Source: Prosthecomicrobium sp. (GTDB lineage Bacteria; Pseudomonadota; Alphaproteobacteria; Rhizobiales; Ancalomicrobiaceae). Taken from it: a DNA stretch of 64,000 nucleotides. Numbering within the stretch: the first letter of the stretch is position 1; each line of letters begins with the position of its first letter. The stretch spans positions 20,173-84,172 of the forward strand of contig JAFHCF010000159.1 of assembly GCA_048497495.1 (NCBI GenBank). The letters are read 5' to 3'. The position numbers were made by a program, and so were the translations under genes. The notes under the pieces were generated by a model. It saw nothing but the letters and a program-made list of their open reading frames with translations. It had not been told where the DNA came from and did not search any database. Shown here in pieces: positions 44,767 through 53,444 of the stretch.

Positions 44767-47682
44767 TCATCGCCCCGCCGTCGCCCGTTCCCGATTGAGG
44801 TCGAGAAGCCGCGCCAAGGCGTCTTCCTCGCCGATGTCCTCCGGCCATCCGTAGGCAGCCGCGACCGCCGCGTCGAGATCGCGGTGGGCATTGTCGAGCC
44901 ACGTCGGCCGCTCGTTGTAGAGGTTGGTCAAGGTCCGCTTCTTGAGGATCGCCGCCGCCGCGTCGTCGACGGGTAGGATGCGATCGGGATAGCCCGGCAC
45001 CACCTCGGGCACCCGCTCGACCAGATCGGCCGGATTGAGCCAAGCCTCACGCAACTCGTTCAACCGCTTCGCCGCCGCCGCGATGCGGATGGCGCGCGGA
45101 TCGTCGGCATAGTCGACGGCGGGGATGTTCGGGGTGAGGCCTTCCGGGAAGGGGAAAGTCTCTAAACACGTCTCGGTGTTATAGGTCGGATCATTCCCGA
45201 CCCCGTGCCATGAGCATGTCGCCAAGCTCCAGGCATTGTGAATTTGGCTTTGAAGAACGCCAAAGAAAAAGTCATCGTCCCGCGCGAACGCATAAAGTCG
45301 AGAGTCGGGCACGACTGCCGCGCTCAACCAGACGAACAGCCGGTGTTTCGCTACCCGGGTTGTCACCAGAAAGCGCGCCTGTGGGTCCTTGGCGAGCGTT
45401 TGTGGAAGGGCACGAAGCGCGCCCCACATCTTTGGACGCGGCTCTACATGCCGCCACCAATAGCGACGATATTGCTCGCGCCGGTTTTCTTCGCGCAAAG
45501 GTTTCACATGATTCGCGACATAGGCGAACGGGTCTTGAAAAAGGGCAGCTTGGGCTTCGTCGATTTGCCAGCCAAAATCCACGATCCACTTATCCGCTGA
45601 ACGTCGCGTCACGTCCATTCCGTTCATCCACGGCCTGAGAACATCCGAGTTCGGCCGCCCATTCGGATTCAGCGGCAGCGCGAGCCATTCCCGCGCAAGT
45701 TCGCCTGAAATGTCGAACGGGCCGCCCTTTGTGTCCCCCATGAAGGCAACGTCCGAATTCTCGCGAAGACATGTAGCTGTGGTGAAGTCGCTTGCTCCGC
45801 CCGTCAGGTCAGAATTCACGCGAGGGGCGGGCAAGCCGTCAAGATGGACGCCGGCCGAAGGCGGAGTGGCCGCAAAGCATATCAGCGAGACCCGCACTGC
45901 CGCACCATTGAGAACCCAAGGCTCATCGGGCCACGCATCATAGATGATGCCCTCAGCCACGATGGGCTCAAGCGTCTTCCGGTTTGCACCGCCGCGCATG
46001 GAATTGGTCGCGACGAAGCCCGCACGCGCCGTGCTGCCGCCCGCGATGGCCTCCCACCCCTTGACGAACCAATAGGCGACGAAGTCCGCCTCGGGCGGGA
46101 CGCGGCCTGAGAAGGCGGTGAACAGCTTATCGACGTAGTCCGACCCGAAACCATTCCGCAGCAGCTTGCCACCAAGGAAAGGTGGGTTCCCCACGATCGC
46201 GTCGGCCTCGGGCCACACAGCCTCGGTGCCGTCCTCGTTCAGCAGCGCATCGCGACACTCGATATTGTCGAGCGGCTTCAAGATCGGGTTGCGCGAGACG
46301 TCGAAGCCGTTGCGCAGCATCCATTGGATTTCGCCGACCCACACCGACACCCGCGCCAGTTCGGCGGCATAGGGGTTGATCTCGATCCCCTTGACCGACG
46401 ACGGGCCGATCGAGGGAAACTCGCGCTGGAAGCCGAGCGCTTCCGCTTCGATGTTGACCCGGTGTTCGAGATCCTTCAGCGCCAACAGCGCCAGATAGAG
46501 GAAGTTGCCCGAGCCGCAGGCCGGGTCGAGAACCTTGAACGCCCTGAGGCGATCGAGGAAGCCGATCAACAGCGCCTTCGCCTCGCCATGCGCCTTGGTC
46601 TTGGCGGATGGCGACTTCGCCGCCTTCTCCTTGTCGAGCCCGGCGACGATCGCCGCCTTGGTCGTCTCCCATTCGGCGAGCCATGGCCGATTGATCACCG
46701 GATCGATGATCAACATGATCTTGTCGCGGTCGGTGTAGTGCGCGCCGAGCTGCGAGCGCTTGTCGGGGTCGAGCCCGCGCTCGAACAGCGTGCCGAGGAT
46801 CGACGGGTCGATCTCCTCCCACTCCGCATTCGCCGCCGCGAGTGCGATGGCGATGTCGTCCTTGTCGAGCGGAAGCGCGGTGTCGTCGTCGAACAGCCCG
46901 CCGTTGAACCAATCGATCGTCTCCCACGCCGCCTCGCCGCCGGCCTTCATCGCCTTGAACAGTTCCGACGCCCGCTTGGCGAACTGCTCCGGCTGTTTCG
47001 CCGTGCTCATCAGCATCTTGGTGAAGAGCTTGTTGGGTAGCAACTTCACGTCTTCGGCGAACATGCAGAAGATCAGCCGATTGACGAAATGCGCGACCGT
47101 TTCCGCCTGGTGCCCGCGCGCGCGGAGACGTTGCGCCAGAGCCGCGAATTGCGCCGCCACTTCCTCGGTGAGCTTCTGACGGGTCTTCTGCGGACGCAGC
47201 TTCTCGGGGTCGGAGAGAACCCATTTGAGTTTCTGGCGCGTCTCCGCGTCCTTGAGGTCGTCGAGCGCGAACTCGTGAACCTGCGAAACCGTGTTGGTCC
47301 AATTGGTGTGGATGCGGAACCGATCGAGATCGCAGACGACGAGAAGCGGCGGATTCTCCAAGGCCAGCGCATATTGCTGGAGTTGCGCGAAAGCCTTGTC
47401 GAGGCTCTTGGTCTTGCCCTTGTACTCCCATCCGAAGTGACCGCGCTTCCAGACGTCGGCCCATCCCTCGCCGCCGGTCGTCTTCGAGGCGCCCTTCTCG
47501 AAGGCGTACCACTCGCCCTTCGGATCGGCCTCGGTGGGGGAGGGCTCGCCGAGCATCGCGCACAGGTCGTTGAAGTGCGATTGCGCCGCCGACCGCTCCT
47601 TCAACTCGACGGCCTTCCACTTGGCGATGAAGGCTTCAGGCGTCACGGCGCGCACCCCGGTTCGATTCAGTGCACCGAGCAT
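44767..47682 (-). CDS. MmeI-like Type IIL/IIG restriction-modification enzyme candidate (N-terminal D..ExK nuclease motif + gamma-class N6-adenine methyltransferase)
   Basis: N-terminus FIAKWKAVELKERSAAQSHFNDLCAMLG...GWADVWKRGHFGWEYKGKTKSLDKAFAQLQQY (D-x..-E-x-K). MTase motif I VLDPACGSGNFLY and motif IV GNPPFLGG. ~970 aa single polypeptide. Start set at MLGALN (47682). Confidence 0.8.
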   Translation of the reverse strand: MLGALNRTGVRAVTPEAFIAKWKAVELKERSAAQSHFNDLCAMLGEPSPTEADPKGEWYAFEKGASKTTGGEGWADVWKRGHFGWEYKGKTKSLDKAFAQLQQYALALENPPLLVVCDLDRFRIHTNWTNTVSQVHEFALDDLKDAETRQKLKWVLSDPEKLRPQKTRQKLTEEVAAQFAALAQRLRARGHQAETVAHFVNRLIFCMFAEDVKLLPNKLFTKMLMSTAKQPEQFAKRASELFKAMKAGGEAAWETIDWFNGGLFDDDTALPLDKDDIAIALAAANAEWEEIDPSILGTLFERGLDPDKRSQLGAHYTDRDKIMLIIDPVINRPWLAEWETTKAAIVAGLDKEKAAKSPSAKTKAHGEAKALLIGFLDRLRAFKVLDPACGSGNFLYLALLALKDLEHRVNIEAEALGFQREFPSIGPSSVKGIEINPYAAELARVSVWVGEIQWMLRNGFDVSRNPILKPLDNIECRDALLNEDGTEAVWPEADAIVGNPPFLGGKLLRNGFGSDYVDKLFTAFSGRVPPEADFVAYWFVKGWEAIAGGSTARAGFVATNSMRGGANRKTLEPIVAEGIIYDAWPDEPWVLNGAAVRVSLICFAATPPSAGVHLDGLPAPRVNSDLTGGASDFTTATCLRENSDVAFMGDTKGGPFDISGELAREWLALPLNPNGRPNSDVLRPWMNGMDVTRRSADKWIVDFGWQIDEAQAALFQDPFAYVANHVKPLREENRREQYRRYWWRHVEPRPKMWGALRALPQTLAKDPQARFLVTTRVAKHRLFVWLSAAVVPDSRLYAFARDDDFFFGVLQSQIHNAWSLATCSWHGVGNDPTYNTETCLETFPFPEGLTPNIPAVDYADDPRAIRIAAAAKRLNELREAWLNPADLVERVPEVVPGYPDRILPVDDAAAAILKKRTLTNLYNERPTWLDNAHRDLDAAVAAAYGWPEDIGEEDALARLLDLNRERATAGR

Positions 47683-48190
47683 AGCCGAGTGGGTTCGAAC
47701 GAAAAGAGCGAACCGCCTGTCGTTGTGGATTGGGCAGGCATCAATCAAAAGGAGGTCGCCCGTCCGATCCGCGCGCGACCGGGAAGATCCCCGCGAGCAT
47801 GTGCGCGCCGAAATCGACACCGCGAAATCAAGAGAACCGGATCGGCGCTGGCGAAGCGATGGGCGGCAACACGACCGCATGGCGCGTGATGGTTTCCACG
47901 GCGGTTACCAGCGAGGTTCCCACCATGGCGCGGCCGTCACGCTCGAAGTGACTGGTGACGATCCGATGGTTCGCGGTACGCAGCCGGTACGCACCCCTGG
48001 CCGCAAGTTTCAGTTTCAGACCGGTTTCAGCGCCCAACGCACGCGCGAAGTGGTCCGGACGCCCGCTGCGGGTCCCTTCACCGATTTAGCGCCAGTCTCT
48101 TCGCGAACCACGCGCGAGGGCATCGGCAACGAATTCCGCCTTTGCGACCGTCCGCCTTCGTCCGTCCCGAGTTGCCCCGGTCCGTGTCGC

Positions 48191-48213
48191 GATGATGGGT
48201 GGGATGATGGGTG
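48191..48213. repeat. 23-bp arm-type repeat, tRNA-proximal copy
   Basis: GATGATGGGTGGGATGATGGGTG is identical to 29938-29960, in the same orientation, 51 nt inside the att core. Confidence 0.7.
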
Positions 48214-48227
48214 GCCGAAGTTCAGGC

Positions 48228-48253
48228 AACAAAAAACGGCGGAAAACCGCCGT
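48228..48253 (-). terminator. Intrinsic terminator for tRNA-Ala, encoded by island DNA
   Basis: The minus strand reads ACGGCGG-TTTT-CCGCCGT followed by TTTTTGTT, starting 15 nt downstream of the tRNA 3' end. Confidence 0.7.
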
Positions 48254-48264
48254 ATATGCGTGGT

Positions 48265-48282
48265 GAATTGGTGGAGCTGAGG
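48265..48282. repeat. Island att core, tRNA-proximal copy
   Basis: GAATTGGTGGAGCTGAGG. Positions 48269-48282 are the 3' 14 nt of tRNA-Ala. Confidence 0.85.
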
Positions 48283-48344
48283 GGAATCGAACCCCTGACC
48301 TCTGCAGTGCGATTGCAGCGCTCTCCCATCTGAGCTACAGCCCC
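48269..48344 (-). tRNA. tRNA-Ala (anticodon CGC)
   Basis: Reverse complement: GGGGCTGTAGCTCAGATGGGAGAGCGCTGCAATCGCACTGCAGAGGTCAGGGGTTCGATTCCCCTCAGCTCCACCA. 76 nt cloverleaf with the G3:U70 Ala identity pair, anticodon loop AT-CGC-AC, GGTTCGATTCC T-arm and an encoded CCA. Confidence 0.95.
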
Positions 48345-49004
48345 GACCGTTTCGAGCGGAGATGGGGCCCCGCGTCGGTTGGGCGCCATTTAGGGGAGGG
48401 CTCCCCCCTCTGTCAAGCAGCCTCGCCGCCCGGCCCGAACGATCGCCGGACCCGCGGTTCCTCCGCCCGGCCGGCAGGCGCGCGACCGTGGTCCGCGCCC
48501 CCGATATCGCGCGCCGCGCGTGATCGCGGCGAACCGGCCCGTCCGGCCGAAGCGATTGCGTCGACCGGCGAATCGAGCGACCTGCGAGCCGGGACGCAAG
48601 CCGCCCTCCTGGCGTGGCACGCGCGCCGGGTGCCGGTCCCGCTCCTCGGCGCCGGGTCTCGGCCCATCCCCCTCGCGCCGCCGGCGGCGCCGCCCTCCCG
48701 CGTCGCTCCGGGGATCCGCGGTACTCTCGGACCGAGGGGCATCGCAATCGGCCCTCTGTCTTCCCGTTGCGAATTTCTCCTGGCGCCGACGCGGATGAGA
48801 AATCCCCATGTCCTCGGCGGCCGGATGCCTCGCCCATCCCCCGCCGAGGACGTGACGGGCTCGCGCCGGTGTCCGGCGCCCGCCCCTCGGCCCGTCCGCC
48901 CGGTCCGCGCGGAAACCATGGCGGCGACGTTTTCGCCCCTTCCCTTGGCATTTCGCCGGGCGACGTCTACATGAGGGGAAACCTGCACCCGAGCGGATTG
49001 AACC

Positions 49005-49295
49005 ATGACCCTGATCTACCCGATCGTCGCCGCCATCGACCTCGTCCTCCAGCTCTACGAATACGTGCTGGTCGCGATGATCATCTTCTCCTGGCTTCAA
49101 GCCTTCGGCGTGATCAACACGCGCAACCCGGCGGTCGCCACCATCGGCGACGTGCTCTACCGGCTGACCGAACCGGTGCTCGCACCGATTCGCCGCATCA
49201 TGCCCAATCTCGGCGGTCTCGATCTGTCGCCGATCGTGGTCTTCCTGGCGATCTTCGTGGTCCGCCAGTATCTGATGATCCTCGTGCGCATGTGA
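49005..49295 (+). CDS. yggT: YggT family membrane protein
   Basis: 96 aa: YEYVLVAMIIFSWLQAFGVINTRNP....I...LYRLTEPVLAPIRRIMPNLGGLDLSPIVV. Confidence 0.85.
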   Translation: MTLIYPIVAAIDLVLQLYEYVLVAMIIFSWLQAFGVINTRNPAVATIGDVLYRLTEPVLAPIRRIMPNLGGLDLSPIVVFLAIFVVRQYLMILVRM

Positions 49296-49633
49296 GCGCC
49301 GCGGCGTCCGATCCGCGCGCCGCGATCCGGCCCGAGAAGGACGGGGTGCGCCTGCGCGTCCGCCTGACGCCGAAGGCGTCGCGCGACGCGCTCGGCCGGC
49401 TCGAGCGGCTCGCCGACGACAACGAGGTGCTGATCGTCCACGTTCGCGCCCTGCCGGCGGAAGGGGCGGCCAACGCCGCCCTCGCCCGCCTCCTCGCCGG
49501 CGTCCTCGGCGTCGCCCGGACGCGGGTCGAGGTCGTCGCCGGCCACACCTCGCGGGTCAAGACCGTGCGCGTCGAAGGTGACGCGGAAAGCCTGGCGGCC
49601 GACCTCGCCAGACTGGCGGGCGAAGCGAAGTGA
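49292..49633 (+). CDS. DUF167 (YggU) family protein
   Basis: [17 protein letters not shown].....[49 protein letters not shown]. The GTG start overlaps the yggT stop. Confidence 0.75.
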   Translation: MSAAASDPRAAIRPEKDGVRLRVRLTPKASRDALGRLERLADDNEVLIVHVRALPAEGAANAALARLLAGVLGVARTRVEVVAGHTSRVKTVRVEGDAESLAADLARLAGEAK

Positions 49634-49703
49634 TGCTACGTCGTCGCCACGCCGTGGTCCGCTTCGCGACGGATCCCGGATCGAGATCTCGGAGGTGGCT
49701 CCC

Positions 49704-50627
49704 ATGACGGCTCGCATCATCGACGGCAAGGCCCAGGCCCAGGCTCTGCGCAACGAAGTGGCGGCCGACGTCGCCCGCTTCACCGCCGCCCACGGCGTCG
49801 CGCCCGGCCTCGCCGTGGTGCTGGTCGGCGACGATCCGGCGAGCCACGTCTACGTCGCCTCCAAGGCCAAGCAGACCGTCGAGGTCGGCATGCGCTCCTT
49901 CGAGCACCGCCTCGACGCGGCCGCCCCGGAGGCCGAGCTCCTGGCGCTGATCGCCGGCCTCAACGCCGACGACGCCGTCGACGGCATCCTGGTGCAGTTG
50001 CCGCTTCCCAAGCACATCGATTCGGCGGCGGTCCTCGACGCGATCTCGCCGGCCAAGGACGTCGACGGCTTCCACGTCGTCAACGTCGGACGCCTGTCGA
50101 CCGGCCAATCCTGCCTCGTCCCCTGCACCCCCTACGGCTCGATGATGCTGCTCGACGCCACGCTGGGGAAATTGTCCGGGCTCGAGGCGGTCGTCGTCGG
50201 CCGCTCCAACATCGTCGGCAAGCCGATGGCGCAGTTGCTGCTGAAGGCCAACTGCACGGTCACCGTCGCCCATTCGCGCACCAGGGATCTCGCGAGCGTC
50301 TGCCGCCGCGCCGACATCCTGGTCGCCGCCGTCGGCATCCCCGAGATGATCAAGGGTGATTGGGTGAAGCCCGGGGCGACCGTCGTCGACGTCGGCATCA
50401 ACCGCGTGCCGGCGCCGGAGAAGGGCGAAGGCAAGACGCGCCTCGTCGGCGACGTCGACTTCGCGAGCGCCGCGGCGGTGGCCGGCGCCATCACGCCGGT
50501 GCCCGGCGGCGTCGGCCCGATGACCATCGCCACCCTGCTCGCCAACACCCTGATCGCCGCCCATCAGCGCCGCGGCCTGACCCCGCCGGACTTCTTCGCG
50601 GCGCTCGACAAGCGGCTGTTCGGCTGA
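49704..50627 (+). CDS. folD: Bifunctional methylenetetrahydrofolate dehydrogenase/cyclohydrolase FolD
   Basis: [16 protein letters not shown]...[23 protein letters not shown]...[14 protein letters not shown]...DVDGFH..N.G...[29 protein letters not shown]...[10 protein letters not shown]. Confidence 0.95.
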   Translation: MTARIIDGKAQAQALRNEVAADVARFTAAHGVAPGLAVVLVGDDPASHVYVASKAKQTVEVGMRSFEHRLDAAAPEAELLALIAGLNADDAVDGILVQLPLPKHIDSAAVLDAISPAKDVDGFHVVNVGRLSTGQSCLVPCTPYGSMMLLDATLGKLSGLEAVVVGRSNIVGKPMAQLLLKANCTVTVAHSRTRDLASVCRRADILVAAVGIPEMIKGDWVKPGATVVDVGINRVPAPEKGEGKTRLVGDVDFASAAAVAGAITPVPGGVGPMTIATLLANTLIAAHQRRGLTPPDFFAALDKRLFG

Positions 50628-50631
50628 ACGA

Positions 50632-51204
50632 TCAATCGATCAGCCGCGAGATGGCCGCGGCGAGGCCATCCTCACGGCCGGCGAAACTCGCCACCATCGC
50701 GGCGAGGAAGTCGGCCGGTTCGAGGCGCTCCAGCCGGAGAGGTTGACCCGCTCGATCGGCGAGGAGGGTGAAGAAGGCGAGCTGAGTCCGCCCGTTACCC
50801 TCGCGAAACGCATGGATCGCATTGAGTTCGGCGAGAAAATGAGCGGCCTCGCGCGCGAACCGCACCGCGTCGAGCCCCGCCAGATGCCGGGATGCCCGCA
50901 AGGTCGCGAACAGCCGCGCCATCTCGGCCGCGATGTGCTCGGGATAGCAGAAGGTGCTGGCATCCTTCGAGATGCGCACCGTGCGGAATTGCCCGGCCCA
51001 ACGATAGACGTCCTGAAAGAGATGTCGATGGATCGCGCGGTAGTGCGTGAGGCTCAGCCGACCCTCCGGTAGCGGCTGGGCGGCGCGTTCTCGCGTCAGA
51101 GCGAATTCATAGGCCTCGAGCGCGCGCGGATCGCGAAGGCCTGGAATATTCGCGAGCACGTCGCTTCCCGGCCAACAATAGGGATCACGAGCCGCCGCAT
51201 ACAT
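50632..51204 (-). CDS. Fic/DOC family protein (FicT/VbhT-like toxin)
   Basis: The Fic motif HAFREGNGRTQ matches HxFx(D/E)GNGR. 190 aa. Its start shares 1 nt with the stop of a small upstream ORF. Confidence 0.85.
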   Translation of the reverse strand: MYAAARDPYCWPGSDVLANIPGLRDPRALEAYEFALTRERAAQPLPEGRLSLTHYRAIHRHLFQDVYRWAGQFRTVRISKDASTFCYPEHIAAEMARLFATLRASRHLAGLDAVRFAREAAHFLAELNAIHAFREGNGRTQLAFFTLLADRAGQPLRLERLEPADFLAAMVASFAGREDGLAAAISRLID

Positions 51205-51416
51205 CAGCGTGACGCCGGTGGCTGCCCGTATTTCGCCTTGAGGAATCGCAACCGGTCCTCGGGAGACAGGCGAAGCCGCGTCATTTCATCGAAGGCGTCG
51301 ACGAGATCGGCCGTCGGCGCCAACCCTTCGACGGCACTGATCCGGTCGAAGTGGTCCACGCCCAATACGAAGCGACCTTTGGCGCCGTCGATGGCGGATG
51401 ATGTCTTTCGAACCAT
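51204..51416 (-). CDS. Small antitoxin candidate for the Fic protein (VbhA/FicA-like)
   Basis: 70 aa, overlapping the fic start. RISAVEGLAP resembles the VbhA inhibitory ..S...EGL.. segment, but the Ser spacing is off by one. Confidence 0.55.
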   Translation of the reverse strand: MVRKTSSAIDGAKGRFVLGVDHFDRISAVEGLAPTADLVDAFDEMTRLRLSPEDRLRFLKAKYGQPPASR

Positions 51417-51466
51417 GGGTTCACCCTAGCACGATCACCCCGGCGCGGCATCCCCCGGTACCCCAC

Positions 51467-51766
51467 TCAGAAGTCGCAGATGATGCCCTTCTTCTCCCAG
51501 TCGCCGTAGCGCACCGGTTCGGGGCCGTCACGGCCGGCGATCTCCTTGGGGAGCGCCGGCCTCGCCGCGTCCGCCGCCTTGCGACGTTCCTCCGCCTCCG
51601 ACAGCGCCCGTTGCGCCGCCGGCGGCAAGTCGTCGAAACGCGGCCGCGATGGGGCTTGCGGCGCCGGCGTGGCCGTCGCCTCGGCCGGGCTCGCGGGGAT
51701 CTTCGGGTCGTCGGTCATGGCTGCCGTCTCGTTTGCCTCGGGGGATCGTTTCCCGTCGGCGCTCAT
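51467..51766 (-). CDS. DUF1674 (SDHAF4-like) protein
   Basis: The C-terminus GPEPVRYGDWEKKGIICDF is the DUF1674 signature. Confidence 0.8.
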   Translation of the reverse strand: MSADGKRSPEANETAAMTDDPKIPASPAEATATPAPQAPSRPRFDDLPPAAQRALSEAEERRKAADAARPALPKEIAGRDGPEPVRYGDWEKKGIICDF

Positions 51767-51836
51767 AGCATGCTAAGGCAGGCGCCGTCGAACCGCGCGA
51801 GCCCCGCCGTCGACCACCCGTCATCCGAGGATCCGC

Positions 51837-53276
51837 ATGAACACCCGTGGCAACGGCCGCAACACCCCCTCTTCCGATCGCCCCGCCCGCGCCTCCGGCC
51901 CGCGTCCCGCCCCGCGCACCGCGCCCGGCGCCGAGGACCGTCGCCCCGAGCCCCGGGACGAGCCCGGCCTCGCCACCCGCCGTTTCGCCGTCGACATCCT
52001 CTCCGCCGTTCTCGACGACGGCCGGCCGCTCGACCAGGTCTTGGAGCATCGCGCCGGCATTCCGTCGTGGCGGGCGCTGACCCCGGCCGATCGCGGCCTG
52101 GTGCGCGCCATCGTCTCCACCGCGCTGCGCCGTCTCGGCCTGATCGACGACGCGCTGAAGCAGATGATGACGCGGCCCTTGCCCAACAAGGCGCTCAGGG
52201 TCCGTCAGATCCTGCGGGTCGGCGCCGCCCAGGTGCTGTTCATGGAGGTGCCCGACCACGCCGCCGTGTCGCTCGCCACCGAACTCGCCGAGCGCGACCG
52301 CGAGGCGCGGCCGTGGAAGGCGCTGGTCAACGGCGTGCTGCGCTCGCTCACCCGCCGCCGCGACGAGGTGCTCGCCGCTCAGGACGCCACCCGCCTGGTC
52401 ACGCCCCTGTGGCTGTGGCGCGATTGGGTCGAGACCTGGGGCGAGGAGGCGACCCGCGCCTTCGCCACCGCCCACATGGTCGAACCGGCGCTCGATCTGA
52501 CGGTGAAGTCGGACGCCGCCGGCTGGGCCGAGAAGTTCGGCGGCATCGTGCTTCCGACCGGCTCGGTGCGTTTCGTCCCCCATGGGCCGATCGACGAGAT
52601 GGAGGGCTTCGAGGCCGGCGAATGGTGGGTCCAGGACGCCGCCGCCGCCCTTCCCGCCCGCCTCCTCGGCGACGTCGCCGGCAAGTCGGTCGCCGACCTC
52701 TGCGCCGCCCCCGGCGGCAAGACCGCCCAATTGGCGCAAGCCGGCGCCCATGTCACCGCCGTCGATCTCTCCGCCCAGCGGCTCGACCGGCTGAAGCAGA
52801 ACACCGCGCGCCTGCGCCTTCCCGACGTCGCCACCATCGTCGCCGATCTCGAGACCTGGACGCCGAAGCAGCCCTTCGACGCGGTCCTCCTCGACGCCCC
52901 CTGCTCGGCGACCGGCACGCTGCGGCGCAACCCCGACGTCGGACGCCTGAAGAAGCCGACCCAGGTCGAGGAACTCGCCGCCCTCCAGGACACGCTCCTG
53001 CATCGCGCCGCCGAATGGGTGAAGCCCGGCGGTCTCCTCGTCTACTGCACCTGTTCGCTGCAGAAGGCGGAGGGCGAGGCGCAGATCGAGAACTTCCTGC
53101 GCCACGCGACCGAATTCGAGCGGGTTCCGATCGATCCGGCGGAGATCGGCGGCCTCGTCGCGGCGATCACCCCGGACGGCGACCTGCGCACCCGGCCGGA
53201 CCTGTTGGCCAACGACGACCCGCGCCTCGCCGGCCTCGACGGCTTCTTCGCCGCCCGCCTGCGCCGCCGCGCCTGA
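51837..53276 (+). CDS. rsmB: 16S rRNA (cytosine-C5)-methyltransferase RsmB/Sun family
   Basis: NusB-like N-terminal domain, then WVQDAAAALPARLL...DLCAAPGGKT...DAVLLDAPCSATGTLRRNPD...GGLLVYCTCSL. Confidence 0.85.
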   Translation: MNTRGNGRNTPSSDRPARASGPRPAPRTAPGAEDRRPEPRDEPGLATRRFAVDILSAVLDDGRPLDQVLEHRAGIPSWRALTPADRGLVRAIVSTALRRLGLIDDALKQMMTRPLPNKALRVRQILRVGAAQVLFMEVPDHAAVSLATELAERDREARPWKALVNGVLRSLTRRRDEVLAAQDATRLVTPLWLWRDWVETWGEEATRAFATAHMVEPALDLTVKSDAAGWAEKFGGIVLPTGSVRFVPHGPIDEMEGFEAGEWWVQDAAAALPARLLGDVAGKSVADLCAAPGGKTAQLAQAGAHVTAVDLSAQRLDRLKQNTARLRLPDVATIVADLETWTPKQPFDAVLLDAPCSATGTLRRNPDVGRLKKPTQVEELAALQDTLLHRAAEWVKPGGLLVYCTCSLQKAEGEAQIENFLRHATEFERVPIDPAEIGGLVAAITPDGDLRTRPDLLANDDPRLAGLDGFFAARLRRRA

Positions 53277-53345
53277 ACCGCGACGGCCCCGGCCGACCGC
53301 CGAAGCCCCCGACAATCATCGCGAAACTGAAATGTCGGGGCGAAT

Positions 53346-53361
53346 TTAACCGTCCGTTAAC
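53346..53361 (+). promoter_or_regulatory. Perfect full CtrA box TTAA-N7-TTAAC
   Basis: TTAACCGTCCGTTAAC is read at 53346-53361 in the rsmB/heparinase-like intergenic region, 84 nt before the ATG at 53445. Confidence 0.45.
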
Positions 53362-53444
53362 CGTCATGAGGTGCCTTGGAGAGTGGGTAAGGGTCGCCTG
53401 CTCGTAGGCGTTTCGCCACGCTGCACCGGCGTCGATGGGAACGG

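Larger units (their letters stand above)
29802..48282. mobile_element. ~18.5 kb genomic island integrated at the 3' end of tRNA-Ala(CGC); P4-type integrase, composite defence/addiction cargo
   Basis: The 18-bp direct repeat GAATTGGTGGAGCTGAGG is at 29802-29819 and 48265-48282, the latter covering the tRNA 3' end. The integrase gene is next to the left repeat and there are 23-bp arm-type repeats inside both ends. GC content is mosaic and the cargo is TA, R-M and AlpA/DUF3631 genes. Confidence 0.85.

Noticed and set aside
47828-48037. 69-aa minus ORF with ..LKLKLAARGAYRLRTANHRIVTSHFERDG.., faintly like the RelE/ParE core (G.yRlRvGdyRiiY)
   Set aside because: The resemblance is short and degenerate, there is no adjacent antitoxin ORF, and it lies in the int-distal arm region of the island. 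It might be a toxin relic, but the evidence is too thin to annotate.
48016-49100. Several 200-340-aa ORFs on both strands next to the tRNA
   Set aside because: All are Arg/Pro/Gly-rich with no motif, and they overlap each other and the tRNA. The region is treated as non-coding (see the finding on the 660-bp gap).
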